Origin: Chrysomallon squamiferum | Taxonomy: Eukaryota > Animalia > Mollusca | DNA: 64,000 bases | Reading direction: 5' to 3' | Assembly (NCBI GenBank): GCA_012295275.1 | Contig: CM022677.1 | Location: 21,700,001-21,764,000 of the forward strand | Shown here: positions 15,151 to 63,562 of the stretch, one piece after another | Position numbering within the stretch: the stretch's first letter is position 1 | How the letters are laid out: each line of letters starts with the position of its first letter | Made by a program: the position numbers and the translations under genes | Notes under the pieces: model-generated | Databases searched by the model: none | What the model saw: only the letters and a program-made list of their open reading frames with translations | Told to the model about the DNA's origin: nothing

Positions 15151-16106
15151 TAGTGTTGTGTCATAGCTGTGGATTCACAAATATTATCTTAGAATGGTAT
15201 ATTAAGTCTGTTTTCATTCTTAGCATTGATGCAAACTTCAGATCCCCGATGCTTTTCTCAGGATATTCTCCATCTGGAAAAATAGTTAAGTTTTATTTGT
15301 TACAAATAGGAATTTTATGATGTCATCTATTAGTTACATTTAGCAAAGCTATAAAAACATAATAACAATATCTTACATACAATCTTTTGATATGTATTTT
15401 TTATTTATTTTTTTTTCTTTCGTCTTTTACTCATTCAAATTACAATCACACCCTCCCATATAAATTTCACATTCTCTTGGGAATCTAAAACTCTTTTGTA
15501 ACAATTAAAACAGATTTCTTGTTAATCATTAAAAATCAATATATTTGACTAATTGATGTCGGTACATTTTAAAATTATAAAATTAGTTTTCATATGCTGA
15601 CGTGAACTAAAAATAAAAAAGAAATTAAAATTAAATGGTCTAAAATTGTTTCAATATTTCTTTATAATTCCTAATTTATTTATTTATTTATTTATTTTAT
15701 TATTATTTTTTTATAATTGTTTTTCTAAAATTATAATGAAGTTTGATAACAGTCGATAAAATAGATCAGAAGTTCATTCCTTCTCTCCATCAATATAAAA
15801 ATACGTGGCTACAAAAAAGTACAAGTATACTTTATGTAAAACGAATCTCTCAGTTTTCAGTCTCCCTAACTTGAAGTATTGTGCAAAAATGTGTTTACAG
15901 AAAATATCCTAAGCCTTGAATTGTCATAAATAGCAATTTCATTCTAGAAACGGTTATCAGAAATTTCTTATAACATCTTGTTTTTCACAGTTTAACACTT
16001 CTTTTTCACAGCGAAGACGTATATTTCCTCTATCTTTTCTGAAACTTTTCTTTGAGCTCAAAGATTATGTACTTTGTTTTTATTTTGTTTTATTATTATT
16101 ATTATG

Positions 16107-16142
<36 letters not shown>

Positions 16143-16210
16143 GTTGTTGTTGTTGTTATTGTTTTGCCGTTTTTATTGTTATTATTTTTTTTTATTATTA
16201 TTATTATTCA

Positions 16211-16267
<57 letters not shown>

Positions 16268-16993
16268 TAGTGTTATGTCATAGCTGTGGATTCACAAATA
16301 TTATCTTAGAATGGTATATTAAGTCTGTTTTCATTCTTACCATTGATACAAACTTCAGATCCCCGATGCTTTTCTCAGGATATTCTCCATCTGGAAAAAA
16401 TAGTTAAGTTTTATTTATTACAAATAGGAATTTCATGATGTCATCTATTAGTTATATTTAGCAAAGATATAAGAACAGAATAACAATATCTTACATGCAA
16501 TCTTATTTCTTTATTTATTTTTTTCTTTAGTCTTTTACTCATTCAAAATACAGTCTCACCCTCCCATACAAGTTTCACATTCACACTTACTCTTTGGCAT
16601 CTAAAATTCTTTTGTAACAATTAAAACAGATTTCTTCTGAATCATTAAAAATCAATGTATTTAACTAATTGATGTCGGTACATTTTAAAATTATAAAATT
16701 AGTTTTAATATGCTGATATCTGAACTAAAAAAAAAATAATTAAAATTAAATGGTCTAAAATTGTTTCAATATATCTTTGTAATTCCTGATTTATTTATTT
16801 ATTTTGTATAATTATTATTTTTTTTTTATATATAATTGTTTTTTCTAAAATTATAACGAGGTTTGATAACAGTCGTGGCTTCTCAAATATTACTTAGAAT
16901 GGTATATTGTCTGTTTTCATTCTTACCATTGATGCAAAATTCAGATCCCCAATCCTTTTGCCAGGATATTCTCCATCTTGAAAAATAGTTATG

Positions 16994-17053
<60 letters not shown>

Positions 17054-17720
17054 TTATTGCTGTGTCCTAGCTGTGGCTTCTCAAATATTACTTAGAATGG
17101 TATATTAAGTCTGCTTTCATTCTTACCATTGATGCAAAATTCAGATCCCCTTTTCTCAGGATATTCTCCATCTGGAAAAATAGTTAAGTTTTATTTATTA
17201 CAAATAGGAATTTCATGATGTCATTTATTAGTTAGGTTTAGAAAAGATCTAAGAACAGAATAAAATTGTCTTACATTGAATCTCACGATCTTTCTTTTTT
17301 TTTTTTCTTTCGTCTTTTACTCATTCAAAGCTCAATCACACCCTCCCATACAAATTTCACATTCACTCTTACTGTTTGTTTTATTGATAACAAATAGGAA
17401 TTTTATGATGTGACTTATTAGTTAAATAATATATTTCATATCACACACCTTCCATTTGTGAAGAATTTTGTATGCCTAGAAAACATTTTGTTGAAAGACA
17501 ATTCTCTTTAATTTCTTATAACGTCGTCTTTTTTCTTTCTTTTTTCTCCCATATCACTCCCATATCACAGTGAAGAAATATGTATCTATCATCAGTACTT
17601 CACAATATTAATAACTTTATTATTATGGCTTCAGGAATATTATCTGAGAATCTTACATAAATATTTAATTGAAGTAGACACATGTCACAGTTTTTGTTCA
17701 TATTTGCAAATATGTTATTT
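11890..17720. repeat. Complex tandem array: ~170 bp core unit in about 9 copies, embedded in ~1.0-1.1 kb higher-order units with (ATT)n spacers
   Basis: Core ...TAGAATGGTATATTAAGTCTG...TTCAGATCCCC...ATATTCTCCATCT(G/T)GAAAAATAGTTA near 11890, 13100, 13790, 14800, 14975, 15150, 16265, 16875 and 17060, with a partial copy at ~10395. Segment 13790-14800 matches 15150-16265. Confidence 0.9.
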
Positions 17721-17782
17721 TATACACACAGACATGCACACAGGAATATCTCTATTTGCCAATTTACAGAAATTTTGTGTAA

Positions 17783-17911
17783 CATATTTTTCATATTTCA
17801 AGTGATCTCTTTCATAGTAGAAATCTTTGTTACAGAAAAATAATGTATCATATTTTTCATATTTCAAGTGATCTCTTTCATAGTAGAAATCTTTGTTACA
17901 GAAAAAATAAT
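17783..17911. repeat. Two-copy 66 bp direct repeat
   Basis: CATATTTTTCATATTTCAAGTGATCTCTTTCATAGTAGAAATCTTTGTTACAGAAAAA occurs twice. Confidence 0.9.
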
Positions 17912-18004
17912 CATACTGATCATAATACCTCAACATTTTAATTTAGTATTCTGTTAATGGTGGCAAAGGTTAGTGTGGTGTTTTGGGCGGCTTTTTTTCT
18001 CTTT

Positions 18005-18046
<42 letters not shown>

Positions 18047-18562
18047 AGCAATAGTCAAAAAATTTGTGTCTTTTTTATCACAGTAGAAGACTTCTTTGTC
18101 ACTATAAAAATCGTTCTTCTGCATTGGGCTTCACAAACTGTAAAATCATCTGTAATTTAATACAAGAAAAAACATCAAACTCAATACAATAATAGTTTTA
18201 AAATCACATGAAGATGATTTTTTCTGTAACAGTTATATTTAATTAAAATCAGCTGTAGTAGTAGTAGTAGGTAGTAGTAGTAGTAGCTGCTGTTTTAGCA
18301 GTAATATACTATTTGTTTATTATTATTATTATTGTTGTTGTTGTTTTAATTATTTTTATGTACATTTCTCAGACATTTTGTTTGTCATGTTCGACGTATC
18401 TCCACATTATATAAAATCGACTGTAATTTAATACAAGAAAACAAACCAGTCACCTGAATAAAATAATAGTTATAAAATCACATGAGGATGATTTTCACTG
18501 CAGCAGTTATGTTTAATTAAAATCGGTAGCAGTTGTAGTATCTCTATTAGTGGTAGTCGTCA

Positions 18563-18602
<40 letters not shown>

Positions 18603-19563
18603 TCTCAAAAATGTTGTGAAATATATTTTTCTTACTTTCAGTATTCTTTATTATAGTAAAGAATTATCTGTCTTCCATTCTTCGTCATAATTTCCATTAT
18701 CTGAAAACTGTTTGTAACTTTTTGTAAGAGCTTACATAATTCATTATCTAACTGAAATATATTTACATTTTTAAAGTAAGAAATTTCTACCTTTAATAAT
18801 GTATTGCAATGTCTTTAATAATGTATTGTTTCAAATATTTGTTTATTATTAAAATTTTGTTACATTGTAAACTAAGAAATCTGTTTGTTTAATAATATAT
18901 GGTATTGCATACTTGTTTCTTATTAAAATTGTTTACCTTTCAAATTGAGAAATACCTTTACTTAATAAAAACTAATACACCTCACTTCATTATTACAATT
19001 TGTTTACTATGTATATTGAGAACAAAATTTGTTTAACAATATATATATATATATCACGTGGTTATTCATTGTCAAAATTTATTTACATTATAAACTGAAA
19101 ATGTCTTTGTTTAATAATACATATTATATACTAGATCATTATTCAAATTTGTTAATTATCAATATTTATATACATTTTATTAGTTTTAGCCATAAATAGT
19201 TCATGTGTATTAACATGGTATATTTATGTTTCAACTGAGATATAAATAATGTTTGTAAAAATGTATGTTTATATTTAAATAAAAGTTACTGTAATTACAA
19301 AATAATAAATAAAGTCATCCTTATATTATCAATCTATTGTTATTTATTTATTTATTTACTTACTTCTGTCATTATATATATATATATCGTGCTTTTAGTA
19401 GTAGTAATTGTTCTTGTAGCAGCAGTAATATATTATTTAGGTTTTAATTCGTTTTTAATTGTTTTGTCTTATATATAATAAATAAATAAATATATATGTA
19501 TATCTCCCAGGATGTCTACATGATGTATCAGATCATCATAGATGTTTCAGTGAGAGTTTTCAA

Positions 19564-20612
19564 ACCACTAAATTGATGCTAATAACGAAACATTTTAGGA
19601 GATGCTTCAGTGGGAATTGATCCTGTTATCCTGCCGAGCAAGGGACATTATATTTCACCTAAGGGTATATACATTACACAGAGATATTAATTTATAAATC
19701 AGCAAATATTTATACAAAACACAGGCTCAGATAAGGCTTATAATCATATTACAATACCACAGAATAAAAAGTTCTGCTAACACTTAGTGACTTAAAGTTA
19801 ACACTTAAAGTTAAAACAATATATCTCTGAGATTATGTTCTAACCTCTTCCAATGAACACGTCATCTACTGAGGAAAAGACGGCTGCGGTTTTCAAGAAT
19901 TAAAGAGAAAGAATACTTATTTTGTTTTCTATATATGGTGAAGAGATGAAGATCACAGTATGAAACCTCAGTGGGCTGGCTAACTATCCCTGAGTCTATG
20001 TTAACAAAAAAAGAAGAAGAAGGAACAGTTATAGCTATGGTTAAGGATAGCTTAACAGTTATGTTTTCAATTAGGTTCTAGTTTAGGGTTTACATTAATG
20101 TTGGGGTTAGGGTTAGCATTATTCTTATAGTTAGGGTTAGCATTAGGTTCAGCTTTAGTTATCTATTAACCTGAACAGGAGTTTCGTAATAAAGACGAAC
20201 AATCTGATGGTGAGTGTTTGGATAAAATTTAAAATTACTTTTTTCAAAACGTTGACGTAGGAAAGTTAACGGTGAGTGTTATTGAAAAAATTAAAAATAA
20301 CTTAGGACAGGGTTACGATTACTGATAAGAATAGCTTATGTTTATGGTTAGAGTTTGGGTTAGGGTTATCATTAGGATTAAATTTAAGTATTTTTATTTA
20401 CCTGAAGAGCGTTTTCGTTAAAAAGTTGAAAAATATTACAGTGAGCAGGAAGATAAAATTTAAAAAGCTATTATTTATATGTTTTTTTCTTTTGTCGTTT
20501 TGTGGCGATACCCTTAGGTGAAATACGATGTCCCTTGCTCGGCAGGATCACAGGATGAATCCCCACTGAAGCATCTCCTAAAATGTTTCGTTATTAGCAT
20601 CAATTTAGTGGT
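19564..20612. mobile_element. Putative non-autonomous DNA element with ~105 bp inverted repeats and internal degenerate GGGTTA repeats
   Basis: 19564-19668 (ACCACTAAATTGATGCTAATAACGAAAC...CACCTAAGGGTAT) is the near-perfect reverse complement of 20508-20612. No transposase ORF and no clear target-site duplication. Confidence 0.6.
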
Positions 20613-20958
20613 AAAAAAACTCGATAATAAATCAATATTACATTGGGAAAAAAAATTTAAAAATATTTTACTGTGTTCAACACTATATAAGTAATGTTCG
20701 TATGAAAATGACTGACAGGTTAGCCTGAACCTGTTACATGGACATTTATTTAAAACCACTCCTCTTTAGCGGGCATTTGACACACACATACTATTTTATG
20801 CATCTATTTTAATTGTATATGACGACCACCTGCTAATAAAATTGAATTTTAGTAAGTTCCTTTGTAAAGGAGCAATATAGAGATTTTACAGCAGAATGCC
20901 TAGAACAAAAAAAAATATGTGCATAATCCATTTATTGAGGAACTGTCCACTTGTTTTC

Positions 20959-21195
<237 letters not shown>

Positions 21196-21370
21196 TGTTT
21201 CTTTCTCTTTATCTCTCTCCATCTCTGTCACTGTCCCTCTGTCTTACACTTTGTCTCTATGTCCCCTTCTCTCTTTTTCTCTCTATCCCACAATCTCTTC
21301 TTTCTCTTTCTCTTTATTTCTCTCTGACTCTCTATCACTGTCTCTCTCTATCTTTTTCTCTCTCTCTTTC

Positions 21371-21459
<89 letters not shown>

Positions 21460-21968
21460 CTGTTCTTGGACATGTGTGTGTGTTTTCTTTAATTTAATTA
21501 TTTCTTTATTTGTTTCTTTGTTTCTTTGTTCATTCATTTAATCTGGAATTAGAGCTGTAGTTACAACAGCTATTACCAGTTGTATTAATAGTAACAGGAC
21601 TTGTACTAGTAGTAGTGGTAGCTGTTGTTGTTTGTTCTAATAAAAGGCGTAATACAAGTTAACAGCAGCGACAATGTTACAAAGAATGTTGTGGTAGTTG
21701 TAACACAGTTCGGATAAGCAAATATATAAATACCACACCACACCCGTTATTTAAACAAAACTGGACCTGGCTGTCTTATTTCATGTTAAAGAGAAAAGAT
21801 AACTTTGTAATGTCGATAAGTAATCTTTGCAACTGACGTATGTAATTATCTGTTTACTAAATAAGGCAATGGTTTGAAACTGACATACCTCACCTGAGTT
21901 TTATCTCGTTGACGAGATGGTCAAAGTTCTCTTCAAGCGTGTATATCAGATCATGTGTTTGTGTGTTT

Positions 21969-22212
<244 letters not shown>

Positions 22213-22813
22213 GATTCTGTTCTTAAGTAAACTTCTTTATCTCTGGGTAATAAACTTAATACAACTTTAGATCATGTTACCTCTAACATGTGTTTTAACA
22301 ACAAGATAAAACTGCGAAAGCTGAACATATTTTATCTGTGTCAGTCACGCGGGCAGTACACTGTTTGAGGAGAGATAGAGAGACATTTGATATCAATACT
22401 AGGTCCGTACCGTGATTAAATCATGAGACGGGGCGCTATTGTTACAAAATTTGTATTAGCAGTAGCAACAATAACAATATTAACAACAGCAGTAGTAATA
22501 CTAGTGGTAGTTCTTGTGTTTGTTGTGCTTGTCTGTCAGTTTTAATATAAGTTGACAGCAGCAACAATGTTGCAATAATATTAAAGGTAACACTAGTTCT
22601 GGTTTCCACTGGAACAGCCTGATTGTGACCTGGTTGTAACAAAATCACAAGTGCAGACAGAAATGTCTATAAATGTTATATTTATTTCTTTTTTGTCATC
22701 TAAAATAACACTGTAGAGTTTTCTAATAGTCTTTTTAAAGATCCACATAATATGTTTAACACGAATACATACATACATACATACATACATACATACATAC
22801 ATACATACATACA

Positions 22814-22849
<36 letters not shown>

Positions 22850-22934
22850 TTTATATCATTTACATTGTACATTAATTACAATGCTGCATTCGGAGGGTGA
22901 TTAATTAATTTATTTAATACTTTTTTTGTTATTG

Positions 22935-23008
<74 letters not shown>

Positions 23009-23031
23009 TTATTATTATTATTTTCGCAGAT

Positions 23032-23319
23032 ATGGCAACAGCTTCAAGTTTCGATGGCAAAATGTTTTGTTGCCTTTGCTTGGATGTTTTCGAGAATCCA
23101 CGTTTTATTTTCTGCGGGCATTCCTTCTGTACGAAATGTCTGCAGGAATATATTAATAAAAATCATCAAAACAGCAAGAACGAAATCTCATGCCCGTTGT
23201 GCAGACAAAACCTTCAAATACCAGACATCACTAAACCAGTGGAAACGTGGGCAGGACAGTTCCCGATAAACATTGCTTTACAGGAGGCAATTAGCCAACT
23301 CGAACGTTCAAAGTGACTG
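23032..23319 (+). CDS. TRIM-like E3 ligase, coding exon 1 (C3HC4 RING finger)
   Basis: CCLC...CGHSFC..C...CPLCR RING pattern. Acceptor TTTTCGCAG ends at 23029 and consensus donor G|GTGAGT starts at 23320. An in-frame TGA at 23314 disappears if one A is added to the A3 run at 23310-23312. Confidence 0.85.
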
Positions 23320-23528
23320 GTGAGTCAGCAGTGCTGTGTTTACATAGTGTGATTATTTCACTACTAATATTTATGTTGTGTATTAAACATCGGGACATGC
23401 TGATAAAGACATAAAGAAAATTTTATCTTCAAAGTTTTTTTTTTTTTAAATTATTTTTTTATTATTATTATTCAATTTTTAATTTATTCATATATTATTA
23501 AAAGCAGTAATGCTAGTTCAACTTTTTT

Positions 23529-23573
<45 letters not shown>

Positions 23574-23597
23574 TTATTATCTATTTATTTATTTCAG

Positions 23598-25024
23598 CTG
23601 GAAAGGGAGGTCACATTTCACTTCTCAGTTCTGTTTGCGAGAGTTTGAAAAACTTTAAAGAAATTCTTAAGTCAGACATGTATGATAAGATTGAGAAACT
23701 TCGACAAGACGTCGACATCAACGTCGTGGACACTACAGCAGAGGTCAGAAGGATTGGTAACACACTAATCTCAGATTTTACAGACGCTGTCAAAAAAGAA
23801 CAAGACAGGTTAATAAGAGAAATTGAAAAATGTCAGAACTTTGTAAACTCAGAAATAGAAAAACTGTTTACTGAACATAAACATCTGATTGAGGAAAACG
23901 AAAAACTGATAAAACTTGGTAAAGATTTGTTGAAACATAAATCAGAATCTGATATTAAAATTAATATTTCAAAATTCAACAAACTTCAAAACACAACTTC
24001 CGAGTTTCTGGTCAGATCTCTTTCAAAAACTGAGGAATCGGAATTTAAAATAAATTTTATAAAATCTCACAAAAAGAAGGAAATGCCTGTTCACATTGGA
24101 GAAATTTCCACAAATATTCAAACAGACATACAGATAGAGAGATTGAGAGACATACTGAAACACACAGAGATCATTAATCCAGAAACTCAATGCACAGACA
24201 CCATTAACACAACAACACAACAATCAGACACACAGATAAACAGACAGATAGACACACTCGAACGTACATTCACTATTAACACGAGAACATTTTTCGATTC
24301 ATTCTTGGTGTCAGGTGAGGACAACAGTAAAATTGTTGTTAGTGATTATAACAATGAATGTGTAAAATGTTTTTGTTTAAAAACAAAATCAGTAATAAAC
24401 AAATACGTGACATCCTCTCCACCACGCGGTCTTGCTGAATCACGTGATCAGCAAGTTGTTGTTCTTGTTTGTGCTCTGCCAGACGAATATAAAATATTGT
24501 TTTTAAATTTGGAAAATTTCAAACTAATCAATACTGTTACAACTGATAAACGGTATTGGTATATTGCTGTGTTACCTGACAATCGTCTCGCGGTCACTGG
24601 ACATATCAGTGGTCAGTACTTGGACATACTGACAGAAAGCGGTCAGCTCATTAATTCCATCTCAGCAGATTTGATCCCCGAACCGTCGCGTCTAACAGTT
24701 CACGATCAATGTCTGATTGTTGTGTCAGATGAAAACAGTTTATTTTGTGTGACGTCATCAGGTGACGTCAAATGGGAGTTACGTGATTCAGAGAAACTGA
24801 GTAAAGTGACAGATGTCACATGTGACAGGGAGGGGTATATTTTTGTTTGTAGTGACGATAGAAATTGTGTTGTTCAGTTGTCGCGAGACGGACAAGTTGT
24901 ACGTGACGTCCTCACACGTCAGGATGGACTGAACAGACCTTTCTCTGTCTGTTGTTATGGTAACAAACTGTGGGTGGGACAGAGAAAAGGAAAAATAAAA
25001 ATGTTTACTTGGTGTGAAAAGTAA
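23598..25024 (+). CDS. TRIM-like protein, coding exon 2 (coiled coil plus NHL-like six-bladed beta-propeller)
   Basis: Acceptor TTTCAG at 23592-23597. A helical K/E/L-rich segment is followed by propeller-like motifs (IVVSDYNNECVK, PRGLA, VTCDREGYIFVCSDDRNCVVQLSRDG, GLNRPFSVC). Stop TAA ends at 25024 and AATAAA is at 25541. Confidence 0.85.
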
Positions 25025-25312
25025 ACTTCAAACTGTTTGCTAACTTAGTTTCACATCAACTGTCGGGAGTCAGAATTCGACAGACATTTCATTCCGTACA
25101 AGACGATAACCTCACAAGAAAAACAGCTATATAATTTATTTATTAATTTATTTGTTATACATAACATTTCATTAATTAATTTAGTTAATTTAAATAGTGT
25201 TTAAGTTGTTTATCTTTCTAAATCTAAATTACCGTTTCGCTTAAGCTTAGTAAATTACACTTTAAAGATAAAAATGGATTTACTTTTGAAATTTTCACCC
25301 AGTTTTATCATT

Positions 25313-25421
<109 letters not shown>

Positions 25422-26326
25422 TTCCATTATCTTTTTTTATTACTTTTTATTTTTTCTTAAAATAGTTCACTTCAAAGAATGTGGTGTAACATTGTTTAGG
25501 TATTTATGCATACTCCAATTTATTCCACCAAACAAAGTTCAATAAAATATATTATGATAAACATTCATGTATTCTGTCATTATTTCATTTAAATTTTAAA
25601 TTATTCTACCTTGTTTCTTAAATTATATGTCTGTTTCTGTGTACACTACATGATAAATAAGAATATTAAGGAACAAAAACATACATTTCCATTTTTAATT
25701 TTCAGCGCTCTAATTTATTTATTTATTTATTTATTTATGTATTTATTTATGTATTTGTTTATTAAAAATTAACAGCTGATACAGATTATTTTTCTTCGGA
25801 GATCCCGAAATACTGAAATTTCCATTATTATTAATTTTTTAATTTTTTAATTTATTTATTTATTTATTTTTTTTTTTTTTTTTGTGCTCTTTATTTTTTT
25901 ATTATTTGTCTGATTATATTTATTCAGCATCATCATAAATATGATCGCAAATTGACAACCATCCATTTGTGTGCCCATCCCTTTATCTGTCCAATTTAAT
26001 TATTTGTAGGTCTGCCTACCTGCACATATACTTTCTGTCTACCTGCACACATACCAACTGTCTGGCTTTATGTGAAATAATCATAGTATTTTTGTGTAAC
26101 TCGTGCTCCTTCGTAACACACATTACAGTGTACAAAACACAATTATTTCCCTTGGTTTGCAATCACTCAAAGCACAGTTTCTTTTATTTTTTTTGGTTTT
26201 TTTTATTTTTTTTTTGTTCGTCTAATTTGACTTCTAAACGTTTGTCTGATTATTCCTACATCATTAATTTCTCTCATAAATTCTTAGTACAGTTGTAATA
26301 TGAACGAATATGTCCGAGAACTGCAG

Positions 26327-26362
<36 letters not shown>

Positions 26363-26415
26363 TGTATATATATATATATGGGGGTTGCGGTGCGTTCTCG
26401 GGTATCTGTGCGTTT

Positions 26416-27633
<1,218 letters not shown>

Positions 27634-28004
27634 CTATTTCTTAAAATATATTGAGTAAACAACAGCACGAATATATGTTTCTTTATTAGCACACTAGTTA
27701 AGGAATTCATTCTATAATTAATACATGCAACCTAAACTGGTTATGTTACACATTATACATATATAATACCTTGGCGCCAGTTTTAATGATATATGTTTGT
27801 GTGTATGTGTGTGTAGGTATGTATGTGGGAGTATAAGAATATAATTATGTAGATATATTAATAAGATGATTGTTGTCTATTTAATATTCAAAATATTTCC
27901 TGCTATAACACAAATATACCAACACACATTTATATACAGATATATAATACTGATAATGCTATTAATAAATTGTACGGCACACACACATACATACACAGAC
28001 AGTC

Positions 28005-28035
<31 letters not shown>

Positions 28036-28815
28036 GCATACATGTGTGCATATATGAAACTATTAATTTAAACAATATGTTATGTATGTATGTATTTTAA
28101 CTACATACATTTAACACCGAAGTAAAAAATGAACGTATTAATAATACAGTGTGTATATACTTTAAACTGAGTATGCAAAAATGTTGTAATTACATAATTA
28201 ATTTATAAACCACCGTCAAATCCACATGCATCATAAAATCACTAAAAATATATATAATGTACAGCATATAATCCTCTTAAGAAAGTCATGTTTAAATTAG
28301 ATATTACGCTACGAAAATATGCAGTATTGTTGTTTAGTTAACGTGAAATAGTATTATATGATTACAATGTAGAATACTGACTGTATTCAACTAGTGTTAT
28401 TACAATTTGAAATATGTATTAGATCATTAGTAAATGTTCTATACGGCATATATTCCACATGAATTTATTATAATATATAAACAGAAAGTATATTGCAAAT
28501 AACATTAGTACAGTGTGCATTGCTGTTCAACGTCGATAGAGTATCAAGTAAAATGGATTTTGTATTGTAAATAACATTACAATACACAACGCTGTTTATT
28601 CAGTGTGTGTATGTATTATAATGCAAACTAGATTGTGGTATTGCTAATACCATTATTACAATGTACAATGTGGCATAAATTTAATGTGTATTTATTATAA
28701 TGTAGAAAAGACTGTGCATTGCAAATAAGATTATTACAGTGTTCAGTGTTGTGCACACTGATTATTATAATTAAGTAATGAGGCATGTATCCATCGTGAT
28801 AAAACAGTTTCCTAT

Positions 28816-57025
<28,210 letters not shown>

Positions 57026-57129
57026 GTTGTTTGTGGTGTTTTTTTTTTTGTGGGTGTTTTTTTTTTCAAAACGTCTTCATTCCAAAACCGAATTTCCGAC
57101 AACGACAACGACAACAGATAGATCTCTCT

Positions 57130-57728
57130 CTCTTTCTCACACACACTCTCTCTCTAACCTCTCTCTCTGGCCGAGCAGCGAAAGTCAGTCACGCGTGACG
57201 GCGGAACAATAAAGAGAAAAAAGCCCCAGTTCACGGCTGACTGACAGGCGACGACGTGGCTGTCATCGGCGAAATTGAGGAGTGATCATCATCGTCGTCA
57301 TGTCTGTCATTGACGAGACGTCAGCTCGGCGTCGCACGACGTTAATGTGGATCACAAGATGGACAGACCGTACCGGGGGGGGCGGGGGCGGGTCCGTAAT
57401 CTCTTCTACGGGGGGAGGGGGAGGATTGTGTGTGGCTGGGTAGGCCGAGACCTAGCACACTATTTTTTAAATAATAATAAAATAACGTAATTACGTTGTT
57501 GGATTTTTTTTTTTTTTTTTTTTTTTTTTTGCGCGTTTTCAAAGAAACTCGCTATGCTACGGTCATACTTTATTGTCAGTAAAGGTTGGTATCATTAAAA
57601 ATAGTTATTTAGAAGTACGCGATTTGTTTTCAGATAATATAAATAAATATTAATAATAGTAATAGTAGTAGTAGTCGGAGTCATACTACTACTACTACTA
57701 TTACTACTACTACTACTACTACTGCTTT

Positions 57729-57789
<61 letters not shown>

Positions 57790-58340
57790 TTCAAAAATAT
57801 ATATCTACATTAAACTTTAACAAACAAAAGTCCAAACCTCCACTGAAAGTAAACTAAATGTAGTGAGATAATTTGTATACCAAGATAACAAGAGCATAAT
57901 TAAAACTCAAGATTAATAAAAACAATCAAACGAAAACAAATAAACAAATAAATAAATAAACAAACAAACAAACAAACAAAACAAATAAGTAGGTAAACAA
58001 ATAAAAACTAACACGATATGTTAAAACAAACACTGATATATATATAAATAAAATTAAAATTAAAATAAATAAATAAATAAAATAAAATAATCTTGAATAA
58101 TCTAAGAAACAGAACGGCGAACATTCCCCATGCTCATAATATAAAATTAAAACATAAAACTGCCGACAGCCTTTACGACAATTACCGAGGTCGTTTCTAT
58201 TAAACGAAATATCCCGAACACAAACGACAACACCGGAATTTCCTGTAGTCATGTGATTTCGAGGCAGCAGAGTGTAAGAACGTAAACAAAGATGTTGTTG
58301 GTGAATTAGTCTTTTCTGCGTTAAGCTACTGCAGAAACAT
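57130..58340. promoter_or_regulatory. Divergent promoter interval between the giant gene and the LRMDA-like gene; CpG-rich patch with a GC box
   Basis: The two ATGs are 1.35 kb apart, head to head. GGGGCGGGGGCGGG at ~57379, palindrome GTCACGCGTGAC at 57188-57199, and CpG-rich stretches at 57170-57450 and 58110-58270. Confidence 0.45.
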
Positions 58341-58377
58341 TTTATAAAACAGAAGGAAGAACAAAATAAGAAACGTT

Positions 58378-63125
<4,748 letters not shown>

Positions 63126-63503
63126 CTCCAGAAATCAGATTGGGAAAAAAATGTTCCATCTCGGTTTTAATAAAAAGATGAAAACCCGGTTTCAGAAAAA
63201 CAATCAGTTTCAAAATCTATTTGCAATACACAGTTGAAAACACTATTTATTTATTTATGTGTGTGTGTGTGTGTGTGAGACAGTGTTTTTTTTTTGGGGG
63301 GCAGGGGGTTGTTCTTTTATCTCCTTTTCTAATCTAGTGCTGTCAATTTAAAAATTGATGAATTTTTTTATTATTTTTTTTTTTTTTGTCCTTTGTGTAT
63401 GATGTAAATACAAAATCAAGATCAAGGTCATAATGTTTATTTATTTTACGAACTGCAATAGCAAAACAGGGTAATGTTTTTCAACTCAGTAAATGAGGTT
63501 TAT

Positions 63504-63562
<59 letters not shown>

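Noticed and set aside
20030-20380. Telomere or interstitial telomeric array
   Set aside because: Only a few exact TTAGGG units in a degenerate tract inside an inverted-repeat element.
23314-23316. Selenocysteine or readthrough at the TRIM TGA
   Set aside because: Readthrough would reach the donor in phase 0 while the main acceptor needs phase 1. A 1-nt indel is the simpler explanation, and I recognised no SECIS.
23510-23597. Hydrophobic N-terminus (MLVQLFFIIIII...) of the 504-aa ORF as a signal or TM segment
   Set aside because: It is intronic (ATT)n sequence upstream of the acceptor at 23597.
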